NCBI RefSeq assembly: GCF_000143415.4
Contig: NW_003314403.1
Span: 308,311-327,661 of the forward strand
DNA: 19,351 bases
From: Selaginella moellendorffii
Lineage: Eukaryota; Plantae; Lycopodiophyta
Reading direction: 5' to 3'
In this document: positions 18,640 through 19,351 of the stretch, in pieces
How the letters are laid out: each line of letters opens with the position of its first letter
Numbering within the stretch: the stretch's first letter is position 1
Notes under the pieces: model-generated
Told to the model about the DNA's origin: nothing
The model's input: only the letters and a program-made list of their open reading frames with translations
The model's database searches: none
Made by a program: the position numbers and the translations under genes

Positions 18640-19351
18640 TAGTGACTCTTTTTTTGTCATTTCCCACAAAGATGTCTCCGCAAATGTCAAGGCCCAGAAT
18701 CTATAAGTTGATACAATTTGAGAACATTCTCAACAAAAAAACAAGAGTACCTTGAGAACATAGTCGGAAACTATACTTGTTCTTTGGCCTTGAATGGCTG
18801 AGGCCTGCAAATACCAGCACAAATCCAGGTCAGGATCACGAGCACAATATCACATACTTTCATAAACGCATCGATATCTGGATCTGGCTTGATTCCTGCT
18901 GCTCCCTCACGCTTGGCCAGTTCAGATAACATTTCTGCGTTGCAGGCAAGAGAAGTTGGAGTTTGTAGAGCTAGTAGCAACAACATACCGACCGTATGAA
19001 GAGCCAACACCTTGACAGCGCGATGAGAAGTCAAATGTCTCCCGTACTGTCAGTTCGTCCAGGTGTACGTCATTTTGACTGGTGTATGAAGCAGTTCGTT
19101 GAGGCACAAACTCGTGTAATTCATGACCATTGTAGGTAACACTTCCAGTTACCTGCAAATTCTAAAGTTTAGGCAGTGCAATATGGTCCATTTCAGTCTG
19201 ACCTTCAAGTCATCGCTGAGCTTCCCAGAAAGAGCGAGAAGAAATGTGCTTCTTCCAGATCCGGGAGGTCCAAGGAGCAGCGTTATCCTGGAAAAGCTCC
19301 CGATTTACGCAAGGAAAGAGATGGACATGAAACCGACCTCGATGGTTTTAT
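18640..19351 (-). pseudogene. Second PDR/ABCG copy, 3'-truncated within NBD1; 5' part extends beyond the window end
   Basis: Near-identical to about 2727-3463, introns included. The [10 protein letters not shown] signature segment is deleted near 18650 and homology stops at about 18640. Carries HLGE to HLDE and GRTT to GRST changes. Confidence 0.9.

Overview
Eukaryotic land-plant genomic DNA: gene-dense, with very short (about 45-80 nt) spliceosomal introns and two 100-N gaps. The style suggests a compact lycophyte genome such as Selaginella (inference). Contents in order: the 5' part of a PDR/ABCG transporter gene (-); a tandemly duplicated three-gene cassette [HNH nuclease (-), A1 aspartic protease (-), single-domain DUF26/Gnk2 (+)] in which each gene is intact in only one copy; a CCCH-like ORF inserted in the dead HNH copy; a membrane class-3 lipase (+) tail-to-tail with a Di19 pseudogene (-) that keeps a textbook U12 AT-AC intron; a 108-bp TG...CA element with a 5-bp target-site duplication carrying a shortened tRNA-like Pol III unit; a 2.47-kb fold-back inverted repeat whose arms hide a multi-exon gene built from duplicated exon-intron modules; and a truncated second PDR copy. 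The best novelty candidates are the tRNA-bearing mini-element and the fold-back micro-exon gene.
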